DNA of 64,000 nt, taken from contig CAXXTH010000023.1 in assembly GCA_963668025.2 (NCBI GenBank), positions 320,001-384,000 on the forward strand. The letters run 5' to 3'. Numbering within the stretch: the first letter of the stretch is position 1; each line of letters starts with the position of its first letter. The stretch is from Candidatus Hydrogenedentota bacterium. GTDB lineage: Bacteria; Hydrogenedentota; Hydrogenedentia; Hydrogenedentales; SLHB01. The notes under the pieces were generated by a model. The model worked only from the letters and a program-made list of their open reading frames with translations, was not told where the DNA came from and did no database searches. The position numbers and the translations under genes were made by a program. Shown piece by piece: positions 55,786-64,000 of the stretch.

Positions 55786-56925
55786 TTATAGGGCCACTGC
55801 CGAGGCCATTTTTTGTGATTCCAGCGCCGCCGTGAACAAGCGGTGGCTCAACGCGGCCTCTTCAGGCGTCGCCACCCCCGCGAACTTCTTCACCGGTTTC
55901 CCATGCACGAGCTCATACAGATATGCCGCCCACATCTGCAAAATGGCATCCGTGAACCCGAACTCGAAAATGCCGCCGGTGATCGCTTTAAAGGCGGATG
56001 CATACCCGGGCAGCACATGCGTCCAATCCTGGCGTTCATTCTCGTACTTCATTACCTCGATACGCGTTGGGCAAGCTGTTGAGAAACGCGCGCAGCCTTC
56101 CAGCCCCTTCACCTCCAGATACCACGTATTCATTTCGCCCGGCGCGATCCGCTGGGTCTTTAGCGTGAGCGGGAACGTGCCGCCCGCCGGGTCCGTGGCT
56201 TCACACAGCAGCGTGGCGTTGTCCCAGGTTTCGCAAGGAACCCGCCCGCCTTTGCCATCAGGGCGTTCGGGGATCAAGTTCGACAGCACGGCGCGTACAT
56301 TCTGAGGAATCCAGCCAGCCCGGAAAGGTACATGGCATACATGCATGCCCAGATCGCCCATGACGCCATATGCGCCATTAAACTGGATCATGCGCTTCCA
56401 ATTGATCGGCTTATCCGGATTCAGATCGCTCGAATGGAGAAATCCCGCGTTCACCTCGATAAGCCGCCCGAAGAAGCCGGATTCGATCAGATCGCCCATG
56501 CGCTGCATGGCGGGATAAAACGGAAACTCGGAACAGCAGCGTACAAACGCATTGGGATGCTCCGCGATGCATGCCATGATGGCGTCATTGGCCGCCTTGT
56601 CGATGCCGAATGGTTTCTCGCCGAAGAGGTGTTTGCCCGCCCGGATGATGTCACAATAGATCTGTTCATGCAGGTTATGCGGCACGGCGCAATAGATGGC
56701 GTCCACATCTGGACTTGCAAGCAGTTCATGGTAGTCGGACGTGTACAGCTTCACGGTGCTGAAATGCCCCCGGAACCAGTCGAACAGGCCTGGATTCATA
56801 TCGCAAGCCGCGACAATCTCCGGTCGCACGTCCATGTCGGTCAGATGGCACCACCGGGCCGCCGCGCTTGCGAACTCGCGCCCCATCAATCCACAGCCAA
56901 TAATCCCAAAACGAATCGTCTTCAT
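55786..56925 (-). CDS. Gfo/Idh/MocA-family oxidoreductase
   Basis: FGIIGCGLMG, GKHLFGEKP, GVMGDLGMH. Confidence 0.92.
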   Translation of the reverse strand: MKTIRFGIIGCGLMGREFASAAARWCHLTDMDVRPEIVAACDMNPGLFDWFRGHFSTVKLYTSDYHELLASPDVDAIYCAVPHNLHEQIYCDIIRAGKHLFGEKPFGIDKAANDAIMACIAEHPNAFVRCCSEFPFYPAMQRMGDLIESGFFGRLIEVNAGFLHSSDLNPDKPINWKRMIQFNGAYGVMGDLGMHVCHVPFRAGWIPQNVRAVLSNLIPERPDGKGGRVPCETWDNATLLCEATDPAGGTFPLTLKTQRIAPGEMNTWYLEVKGLEGCARFSTACPTRIEVMKYENERQDWTHVLPGYASAFKAITGGIFEFGFTDAILQMWAAYLYELVHGKPVKKFAGVATPEEAALSHRLFTAALESQKMASAVAL

Positions 56926-56985
56926 CCTGCATGTCTCCCCTTAATGGCTAAAGCAATCACCTTCACATAACGCATATTCAACGAT

Positions 56986-57729
56986 TTAGCTTACATTGTA
57001 ACCGCGCGCCAGCCAGGCCAGAAATTCCCGGTTGCCTGCTGGCCCTAAGAGTGGAGATGGTATAACACCTTTCGATGTAAAACCCAATGCGGCGGCCCCA
57101 GCCAGCACATCCTGGATAACCTCTTCATGGACCGATGCGTCCCGCACGACTCCGCCTTTGCCCACCCGCTCCGGCCCAGCTTCGAACTGGGGTTTGATCA
57201 AGACGATCCCCTCTGCTTCTGGCGCAATCAATCCCGCCAGTGGCGGAAGAACAAGGCGCAACGAGATGAACGAACAATCCGCCGTAAAAAAGCCCGGTTG
57301 TTCTGGCAAAGCATCTGGTGAGAGGTGGCGGATATTGGTGCGTTCGAGCACCACCACCCGGGGATCCTCGCGCAATTTCCATGCAAGCTGGCCATACCCC
57401 ACATCCACCGCATACACCCGCGCCGCGCCATGCTGGAGGAGGCAGTCGGTGAATCCGCCCGTGGATGCGCCCACATCGATTGCCACTCGTCCTTCGGCGG
57501 CAACAGGGAAAGCCACAAAGGCGGCTTCGAGTTTTTCCCCGCCCCGGCTCACGAACCGGGCCTCATCACGAATGGCGAGCGGCGTATCATCGGGCAGGCG
57601 CATGCCAGGCTTATCGAGTTTGTTTCCGGCCTGATCATACACATAGCCAGTCTGGATCAAGCCTTGGGCTTTAGAACGGCTCACGCCGGCCTGCCGTTGT
57701 ACGAGGATGTCCAGCCGCTCCCGTTCCAT
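56986..57729 (-). CDS. tlyA: TlyA-family rRNA 2'-O-methyltransferase
   Basis: S4 domain, FVSRGGEKL, DVGASTGGFTDCLLQ, LIKPQFEAG. Confidence 0.95.
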   Translation of the reverse strand: MERERLDILVQRQAGVSRSKAQGLIQTGYVYDQAGNKLDKPGMRLPDDTPLAIRDEARFVSRGGEKLEAAFVAFPVAAEGRVAIDVGASTGGFTDCLLQHGAARVYAVDVGYGQLAWKLREDPRVVVLERTNIRHLSPDALPEQPGFFTADCSFISLRLVLPPLAGLIAPEAEGIVLIKPQFEAGPERVGKGGVVRDASVHEEVIQDVLAGAAALGFTSKGVIPSPLLGPAGNREFLAWLARGYNVS

Positions 57730-57732
57730 GGA

Positions 57733-58212
57733 TTAACCGGCTGGCAGCAGCAGCGCCACCGCTTGGGCGCTGATGGCTTCTTCGCGCCCTTCCGGCCCCA
57801 CATGCTCATTGGTCTTGGCTTTCACGGATACGCATCCCATCGGCATCCCGAGGCATGCGGCCAGATTCTCACGCATGGCGGGGATATGGGGATTCAGCTT
57901 AGGCCGTTGCGCCACGATATTGGCGTCAATATTACCGATGCGCCAGCCTGCCTGGGCGAGCAATGCGGCGGCCGCCGCCAGCAGCTTCATGCTGTCCGCG
58001 TTCTTATACTGAGGATCCGTGTCGGGGAACAGCATGCCGATATTGCCCAGCGCGGCTGCGCCCAACAGCGCGTCGATGATGGCATGCGCCAGCGCATCCG
58101 CGTCGGAATGCCCCATGAGGCCTTTCTCGAATGGTATCTGCACCCCTCCAAGAATCAGCGCGCGCCCCGCCTCGAGCCGGTGCAGATCATATCCAATTCC
58201 TATGCGCATCAA
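57733..58212 (-). CDS. ispF: 2-C-methyl-D-erythritol 2,4-cyclodiphosphate synthase
   Basis: [38 protein letters not shown]. Confidence 0.97.
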   Translation of the reverse strand: MMRIGIGYDLHRLEAGRALILGGVQIPFEKGLMGHSDADALAHAIIDALLGAAALGNIGMLFPDTDPQYKNADSMKLLAAAAALLAQAGWRIGNIDANIVAQRPKLNPHIPAMRENLAACLGMPMGCVSVKAKTNEHVGPEGREEAISAQAVALLLPAG

Positions 58213-58231
58213 GAACCGCTCTCCATAATCC

Positions 58232-58927
58232 CTATGGCTTCACCAATCCGGCTTGGAATAGGCACCGGGCCATATCGAGATCCCCAGGCGTCGTAACCTT
58301 AAAATTCATGGGGGTTCCTCGGACCAGCTTAACGCGCCCGCCACAACGGCGGACTAATGAGGCGTCATCCGTGCCTGCGAACCCGTCCCGCCGCGCTTGA
58401 GCGTGGGCGGCGCGGATCACTTCGACGCGGAACACCTGGGGAGTCTGGCATGCCCAGAGCATCCGGCGGTCGGGCGTATCGCATAAAAAGCCTTCGGCGT
58501 CCGATACAAGAATGGTGTCAATACTGGGCACGGCCACCGTGGCGGCGCCCCAGCGCGCGGCGGCATCAAGGGCCTCACGCACCGAGTCCATGGATATAAA
58601 AGGCCGGGCGGCATCATGTATGGCCACGACATCCGTGGAAGGCTCGATCATCGCCAAGCCATTTTCCACCGAGAGCTGGCGCTCCGCGCCGCCGCCAGCC
58701 AGATTAAAACAGACGCCGGGAAAAGCGGCCTCGAGTGCGCTCTGAAAATCCTCCCGGTATTCCGAGGGGATCACGATCACGGCATTGTCGATAAGCCCCA
58801 GCGGCGCAAAGCGTTCAAGGGTTCGGACCAGCATGGGCGCGCCCGCTAGGCTGACAAGGGCTTTCGGGCCAGAAGCGCCCAGCCGCAGGCCCATGCCCGC
58901 GGCTGGAATCATCAATTGAGGTTTCAC
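58232..58927 (-). CDS. ispD: 2-C-methyl-D-erythritol 4-phosphate cytidylyltransferase
   Basis: [40 protein letters not shown]. Confidence 0.96.
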   Translation of the reverse strand: MKPQLMIPAAGMGLRLGASGPKALVSLAGAPMLVRTLERFAPLGLIDNAVIVIPSEYREDFQSALEAAFPGVCFNLAGGGAERQLSVENGLAMIEPSTDVVAIHDAARPFISMDSVREALDAAARWGAATVAVPSIDTILVSDAEGFLCDTPDRRMLWACQTPQVFRVEVIRAAHAQARRDGFAGTDDASLVRRCGGRVKLVRGTPMNFKVTTPGDLDMARCLFQAGLVKP

Positions 58928-59967
58928 GACATGATGTTCTGGAGCTTCGTGAAGATCATACGTCCGGCCGATGTCTGGAGGACGCTCGTAACCACCACCG
59001 ATACATCCCGGCCCACATAATTCCGGCCGCCGTCCACGACCACCATCGTGCCGTCATCGAGATACCCCACACCTTGCAGGGCCTCTTTCCCTTGCTTCAC
59101 AATTTTCACTTCCATCATTTCATCCGGAAGCACCGCTGGCTTGAGGGCGTTAGCCAGGTCATTGATATTTAATACATCGACGCCTTCAATCTGGGCGACC
59201 TTATTCAGATTCAGGTCATTGGTGAGGATCTTGGCCCCATATTCCCGGGCCAGTTTCACCAATTTGCCATCCACTTCCTCGACGCCCACGGGGTCGTCTT
59301 CGACTACAATGAGCTTGACGCAACTGGTGGGCTCTTGTAGCTCTTTCAAGATATCGAGCCCCCGGCGTCCGCGCGCCCGCCGCAGCACATCGCTCGAATC
59401 GGCTATGCCTTGGAGTTCTTTCAGCACAAAGCGCGGCACCAGCAGCGTTCCCTCGATAAATCCAGTCAGGCAGATATCAGAAATGCGCCCATCAATAATC
59501 ACGCTCGTGTCGACCAGCTTCAACGATTTGCCACCCATTTCCCTGCGGTGGACGGCGCGGATCAACGATTCCCAATTCGATGCGCGCGTGAGGCCGAGCA
59601 GCGTACCCACAAATCCGAAAATCAGCACCAATGTGAGAATGGTGAATGTCTTGAACAAGGGATCCGTTTCGGGCAGGTAATAATCAAATACGAACTGGCC
59701 AATGGAAAAGCCTGTCACCAGGGCCAATGCAACGGCGATCAGTGCGGGCGAAATCCGTTCAAACATCTCTTGGGTCACATATCGCAAGAGCAAGATGATA
59801 AGAAATCCGGCCGCAAGGCCTACAAGCGCGCCTACCACGCACCACGGCAGGATTTGTGCGATTCGGGCGTCACCGGCTTGAAGCCTGGGCACGAGATAGA
59901 ACGCCCATACGCTGCCCATGATGCCGCATGCGAATACAAATATCGTTCGGATTATTTTGACTGCCAT
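58924..59967 (-). CDS. PIN/TRAM-domain membrane protein (YacL family)
   Basis: DTSVIIDGRI, RGRRGLDIL, TNDLNLNKVA, GVGYLDDGTMVVV; upstream of ispD-ispF. Confidence 0.93.
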   Translation of the reverse strand: MAVKIIRTIFVFACGIMGSVWAFYLVPRLQAGDARIAQILPWCVVGALVGLAAGFLIILLLRYVTQEMFERISPALIAVALALVTGFSIGQFVFDYYLPETDPLFKTFTILTLVLIFGFVGTLLGLTRASNWESLIRAVHRREMGGKSLKLVDTSVIIDGRISDICLTGFIEGTLLVPRFVLKELQGIADSSDVLRRARGRRGLDILKELQEPTSCVKLIVVEDDPVGVEEVDGKLVKLAREYGAKILTNDLNLNKVAQIEGVDVLNINDLANALKPAVLPDEMMEVKIVKQGKEALQGVGYLDDGTMVVVDGGRNYVGRDVSVVVTSVLQTSAGRMIFTKLQNIMS

Positions 59968-60027
59968 ATATTTTACCTCCTGTATGATTAATTCTATGTA
60001 TGTATGAAAACACAAAGCGCTTTCCGC

Positions 60028-60849
60028 TTACAACTTGCCAATACAGCCCTTTACGATCCGGGTCAATTTAGGCTCGGCCGCATTCGCGATGGCGATGATT
60101 TTATCGATATTCGCCGCTTCAAGGGCGTCCGGCAGGCACATATCGGTGATAGCGGAGAAGCCGAGCACCCGCAGGCCCGCATGCACCGCCACGATCACCT
60201 CCGGTACGGTGCTCATGCCCACGGCGTCCGCGCCGATGATCCGCATGAAGCGGTATTCGGCCCGCGTTTCCAGGGATGGTCCCGGGCATGCAATGTAGAC
60301 GCCCCGCTGGACCTTGATTCCTTCGGCAAGCGCCACCGACTCCGCCAGCGCGATCAACTCGCGCGTATACGGCTCGCTCATATCCGGGAACCGGGGCCCA
60401 AGGCTGTCGTCATTCGGCCCAATCAGCGGATTATCGCCCATAAAATTGATATGGTCCGTGATAAGCATGATGTCGCCGCCTTGGAATTGCGGATTCAATC
60501 CGCCTGCGGCGTTGGACACGATCAGCGTCCGCACCCCGAGCGCCTTCGCCACCCGGATGGGGAAAGTCACTTGCTGCAGCGAATACCCTTCATACGCATG
60601 AAACCGCCCCGACAACGCTACCACGGGATGCCCGTCCAAATGGCCCAGGAGCAATTCACCCGCGTGGGTTTGCACCGTGGAGGTGGGAAAATGAGGTATC
60701 GAGGCGTATTCCAACCGGGCTGTTACTTCGATTTCATCAGCAAGGCCATTGAGCCCTGTCCCGAGCACGATAGCCGTGGCTGGTGCAAGGCCGCAGTTTT
60801 TCCGAATAGACTGTACTGCTTCTTCAATTTGTTGACGTAATTCTGACAC
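60028..60849 (-). CDS. punA: Purine-nucleoside phosphorylase (trimeric type)
   Basis: IVLGTGL, GRFHAYEGY, SNAAGGLN, GPSLETRAE, GADAVGMSTVPE. Confidence 0.93.
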   Translation of the reverse strand: MSELRQQIEEAVQSIRKNCGLAPATAIVLGTGLNGLADEIEVTARLEYASIPHFPTSTVQTHAGELLLGHLDGHPVVALSGRFHAYEGYSLQQVTFPIRVAKALGVRTLIVSNAAGGLNPQFQGGDIMLITDHINFMGDNPLIGPNDDSLGPRFPDMSEPYTRELIALAESVALAEGIKVQRGVYIACPGPSLETRAEYRFMRIIGADAVGMSTVPEVIVAVHAGLRVLGFSAITDMCLPDALEAANIDKIIAIANAAEPKLTRIVKGCIGKL

Positions 60850-60913
60850 GCATATACCCTTTCGCCGCCATGCCACGCCTCCGGCGTTGCAGGCCCTTGT
60901 TAATTATAACGCA

Positions 60914-61210
60914 CTACGCCCCTTTGGCCAGCGCCGTGCGCACGGTCTCCATATCTATTCCTGTTATGAGCAGCCTCTTTTCCCGGCTTTTTTCGCCGGA
61001 GACCACTTTGACTGCACGCTTGGCCACGCCGCACAAGCCGGCCACATATACGCATAAAGCCGCATTCGCGGCGCCTTCCACGGGCGGCGCCATCAGCGCG
61101 ATGCGGACTTGGCCATCCGCCTCCATCCGCACGGCATTGCGGGAAGCCCTCGGCTGCACCCGCACTTGCAACTCGACGCCGCCTTCCACCTGGCGGATGG
61201 CGTTTGGCAT
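60914..61210 (-). CDS. DUF167 (YggU-family) protein
   Basis: VRVQPRASR...APPVEGAAN...SGEKSREK. Confidence 0.9.
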   Translation of the reverse strand: MPNAIRQVEGGVELQVRVQPRASRNAVRMEADGQVRIALMAPPVEGAANAALCVYVAGLCGVAKRAVKVVSGEKSREKRLLITGIDMETVRTALAKGA

Positions 61211-62218
61211 CTACTTTTCCTTGGCCGTTTTAAACGCCTTGGCTGTGCTGGACGGCGCGGCGCTTTCCTGCCATACGCCCATCCGGCGGAATTTCTCCCG
61301 CCGTTGTTCGAGCGACCATCCGCCTGCCGCCGCAAGCTCGATAAACCGCTCCAGCTCTGCCGCCAGCACTTGGGCTGCTCCATCGGCGTCCCGGTGGGCT
61401 CCGCCCATGGGCTCCGGCAATATGGCGTCAATAACGCCCAGCTCCTTCAACTCCTGGGCGGTCACCCGCAGGGCGGAAGCCGCCAGCTCCTTGCGTTCCG
61501 CATCGCGCCAGAGAATCTCGGCGCAACGCTCGGGCGGGCAAATCACATAAATGGCGTTCTCGAACATTACGATACGGTCGCCTACGGCGATCCCGAGAGC
61601 GCCGCCGCTGCCACCCTCGCCCAGAATCGCACAGAATACCGGCGTATTCATCCGCATGAGCATCCACAAATTCCGCGCGATGGCCGGGCCTTGCCCATGC
61701 TGCTCCGCTTCTATTCCGGGATGGGCCGCTGGCGTATCCACGAACGTTACAATAGGCAAATGCAGCCGTTCCGCCAATTCGCAGATCCGCATGGCCTTCC
61801 GGTATCCCTCGGGATGGGCCATGCCGAAATTCCGCGCCACCTTCTCTTCCGTGCTGACGCCCTTCTGCTGGCCTATGATTGCCACCGTCTGGCCCTTGAA
61901 GCGCCCGAGGCCGCATACCATCGCCGGATCATCGCCAATCGCACGGTCGCCATGAAGCTCCACAAAATCATCGAGAATCCGTGAAGTGTAATCCAGCATG
62001 CGCGGCCGGTTCGGGTGCCTTGCGAGAAGAACGCGCTGCCAGGGCGTTAGGTTGGCAAATACCCGCTCCCGCTCCCGGCCCAGTTCTTTTTCTATAGAAA
62101 GCTTATCCTTTTTATTCGTGGTTTCCTCTAGCTGTTTTTCCAGCTCGAAAATCCGCTTCTCGAAGGGCAGGCATTGTTCCGCCCCCGATTTTTGATTCTG
62201 TGTTCTACTCTGCACCAC
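61211..62218 (-). CDS. accA: Acetyl-CoA carboxylase carboxyltransferase alpha subunit
   Basis: LARHPNRP, ELHGDR, RNFGMAHPEGYRKA, GEGGSGGAL; GTG start estimated at about 62218. Confidence 0.95.
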   Translation of the reverse strand: MVQSRTQNQKSGAEQCLPFEKRIFELEKQLEETTNKKDKLSIEKELGRERERVFANLTPWQRVLLARHPNRPRMLDYTSRILDDFVELHGDRAIGDDPAMVCGLGRFKGQTVAIIGQQKGVSTEEKVARNFGMAHPEGYRKAMRICELAERLHLPIVTFVDTPAAHPGIEAEQHGQGPAIARNLWMLMRMNTPVFCAILGEGGSGGALGIAVGDRIVMFENAIYVICPPERCAEILWRDAERKELAASALRVTAQELKELGVIDAILPEPMGGAHRDADGAAQVLAAELERFIELAAAGGWSLEQRREKFRRMGVWQESAAPSSTAKAFKTAKEK

Positions 62219-62450
62219 GTCTCGGGCTCCCCTGGTATCATTCACCCACATGATGTAGCTGCCGGCCCTATTGCCTAGCATTCGCTTAATTATACTTCGT
62301 AGAGCCCTCATTAAAAAAGAAAGCAGCGTTGTCTGCCTAAAGTAAATCTGATACCAACACGATTAAAACGAAATATACGCAAAATGTCAAGATTGATTCC
62401 ATCTGTGCTGGCAGCCTGCCCGGCAGCGCCATGCAGCACACCGTTTGGGC

Positions 62451-62489
62451 AAAAAAAAACCTCGACGGGTAAATTGCTTCCGTCGGGGT
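62451..62489 (-). terminator. Terminator of the small zinc-finger gene
   Basis: Hairpin followed by T9 on the minus strand. Confidence 0.7.
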
Positions 62490-62550
62490 CGAGCAGTCAT
62501 CCAACATCAGCGGTTGAGGCCTGCTCAAACTAGCAGGTCATCTCGAACCG

Positions 62551-62691
62551 TCACACTTCTTCGAGCACTTCGTCAAAATACTCGGCGTAGCAGTCCAAAT
62601 GCCAATATTCATCGCCGAGCATCTTTACCTCGCCGAACTGAATTTCCTTCTCATCTATGGCCTCATTGCACAGGGGACAGCTATGTGTCAT
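62551..62691 (-). CDS. 46-aa acidic CxxC...HxxC zinc-finger-like protein
   Basis: MTHSCPLCNEAID...YWHLDCYAEYFDEVLEEV; RBS GGAGGTGA and its own terminator. Confidence 0.65.
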   Translation of the reverse strand: MTHSCPLCNEAIDEKEIQFGEVKMLGDEYWHLDCYAEYFDEVLEEV

Positions 62692-62997
62692 TTCATGGTC
62701 ACCTCCTTTACAAACGAAATTGTATGTGCTTCCCCATGCACAAACGGCGACCTCTATAACACAACACATCAAGGAAGTCAAGAAAAAACGCTGGCCAGTT
62801 ATTCAAAATAGGTTTGACATGCCTAATAGGCATTTGATATTACGCCATATCTTATTGCATCAGGCGAAATGATGCGGCCATTATTTTTAAGCCCACTGAA
62901 TGTCCTGGCGGACAGGCCGGAAGTGGGATTGGAGTTTTCCGCGATGCGTGTATGCCTCTGATGCCGCTTGCCAAGTGATTATGAAAGCCGGTAATAA

Positions 62998-64000
62998 ATG
63001 AAAATGCATACTTCCCATAACGCCGAAGGCACTTTGTCAAACGTTGGATTCTCTATTTGGTTTGCAAGCGCTACGGTGATAGGCGTTGCATTCATGGCCT
63101 TTCGCTGCAAGACCGCTCTTTTGTACCCCTCGATGCCTCTCGAGGATGGGCGGGAATTATATACCTATTTCAGTGAAAACCATTCGTTGAGTTCCCTCTA
63201 CCGTTTTTATGCGGGGTATGTCTCGTTGCTGCCCAACATGGCGGGATACGCGGTAGTGCGCATGCCTCCCGCATGGGCGCCCTATTTTTTGGCCATTCAT
63301 GCCTTGTTTTGGTGTATGGCCGCTCGGATGGTGTTTGGATTGCGTCGGTTCCGGTTTCTCCTGCCGGATGATCGTGTGCGTATATTGATAGGTTTGTATT
63401 TGTGCATTTATCCTATTGGGAATTACGCAAAGACCTCGGTAACAATGTTCCAGCATTTTCATATGCTGTGGGTGCTGGCGCTGCTGCTGATCGCGCCTCT
63501 GCCAAAAAGCCGGCCCAGCATTGGTGTGCAGGCGGCCCTTCAAGCCATAATGGTGTGGTCGCATCCGCTGGCCATCCTTCTGTCTCCGTTAGCGGCGTGG
63601 AATCTGCTGCGCCGCCGCACAAAGTCCTCATGGCTCTGTAATGGCGTATTTTTAGTCGCTGCGGCCAGTTATGCATTGTATGGCGTCCAATTTCAAAGCA
63701 ATCACGAACGGTCTTGGAGCGCTCTGCTGCGAGGAGCGGGCCAATACTTCACCGAACGGGTTTTCGTGGAAGGATTTTTGGGCAATCCATTGCGGATGCA
63801 TCTAGCGTCGCAAGAGGGCCATGCCACTGCGGCGCTTTTATGCGTTGTGCTTATAATGTCATTTATCGCATTGGGTTTTGGGGCGCGCAAGCGGCTGGGC
63901 AGGCGGGGTGTGGGGATCGCCGCATTAGGGATCGTGGGCGTTTTTCTCTTCACGCTCATCGTGGTGTATGCGCGCAATTTGGATACGATGCCTAAATATT
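62998..64000 (+). CDS. Polytopic membrane protein, GT-C/glucosyl-transferase-like (runs off the window edge)
   Basis: Not in the ORF track. The frame is open to the window end with PSMPLEDGREL...FYAGYVSLLPN and many TM helices. Confidence 0.6.
   Translation, partial: MKMHTSHNAEGTLSNVGFSIWFASATVIGVAFMAFRCKTALLYPSMPLEDGRELYTYFSENHSLSSLYRFYAGYVSLLPNMAGYAVVRMPPAWAPYFLAIHALFWCMAARMVFGLRRFRFLLPDDRVRILIGLYLCIYPIGNYAKTSVTMFQHFHMLWVLALLLIAPLPKSRPSIGVQAALQAIMVWSHPLAILLSPLAAWNLLRRRTKSSWLCNGVFLVAAASYALYGVQFQSNHERSWSALLRGAGQYFTERVFVEGFLGNPLRMHLASQEGHATAALLCVVLIMSFIALGFGARKRLGRRGVGIAALGIVGVFLFTLIVVYARNLDTMPKY

Noticed and set aside
55724-62195. Long plus-strand ORFs (57325..58296, 60004..60840, 61109..61984 and others)
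   Set aside because: GC-rich antisense frames of well-identified housekeeping genes

Overview
Bacterial chromosomal window. A Ca. Hydrogenedentes/PVC-like lineage is suggested only by inference (ECF-sigma fusions, many secreted CAZymes, a C-terminal VP..G..G..L-TM-RR sorting tail). The left end holds the start of a sigma54-driven flagellar operon (flgB-flgC-fliE-fliF, minus strand). The right end holds housekeeping genes (accA, DUF167, PNP, PIN/TRAM-ispD-ispF, tlyA, a parvulin PPIase). The ~50 kb between is accessory. (i) Three tandem, mosaic copies of an unknown 431-aa secreted protein are punctuated by four 73-bp palindromes, and a diverged fourth paralog is paired with an unknown secreted protein. 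(ii) Two inverted paralogs of a secreted carboxypeptidase-regulatory-like protein, 38 kb apart, have near-identical N-termini and diverged C-termini, and both are bracketed by the same 'triple-octamer' palindrome that also caps tandem GxxExxY nuclease fragments. (iii) Glycan-processing enzymes include GH32, two GH42-like proteins, GH127, a GH-A+LamG protein and two sialate O-acetylesterases. (iv) There is a hicBA locus, a truncated nucleotidyltransferase pair and two ECF sigma systems. (v) A mobile-element pile-up at tRNA-Arg(CCG) comprises two stacked IS, a decayed prophage end, an ISAs1 element and two copies of a 122-bp MITE; all three IS carry a DUF6788-like small ORF. No CRISPR array, rRNA or reverse transcriptase was seen.
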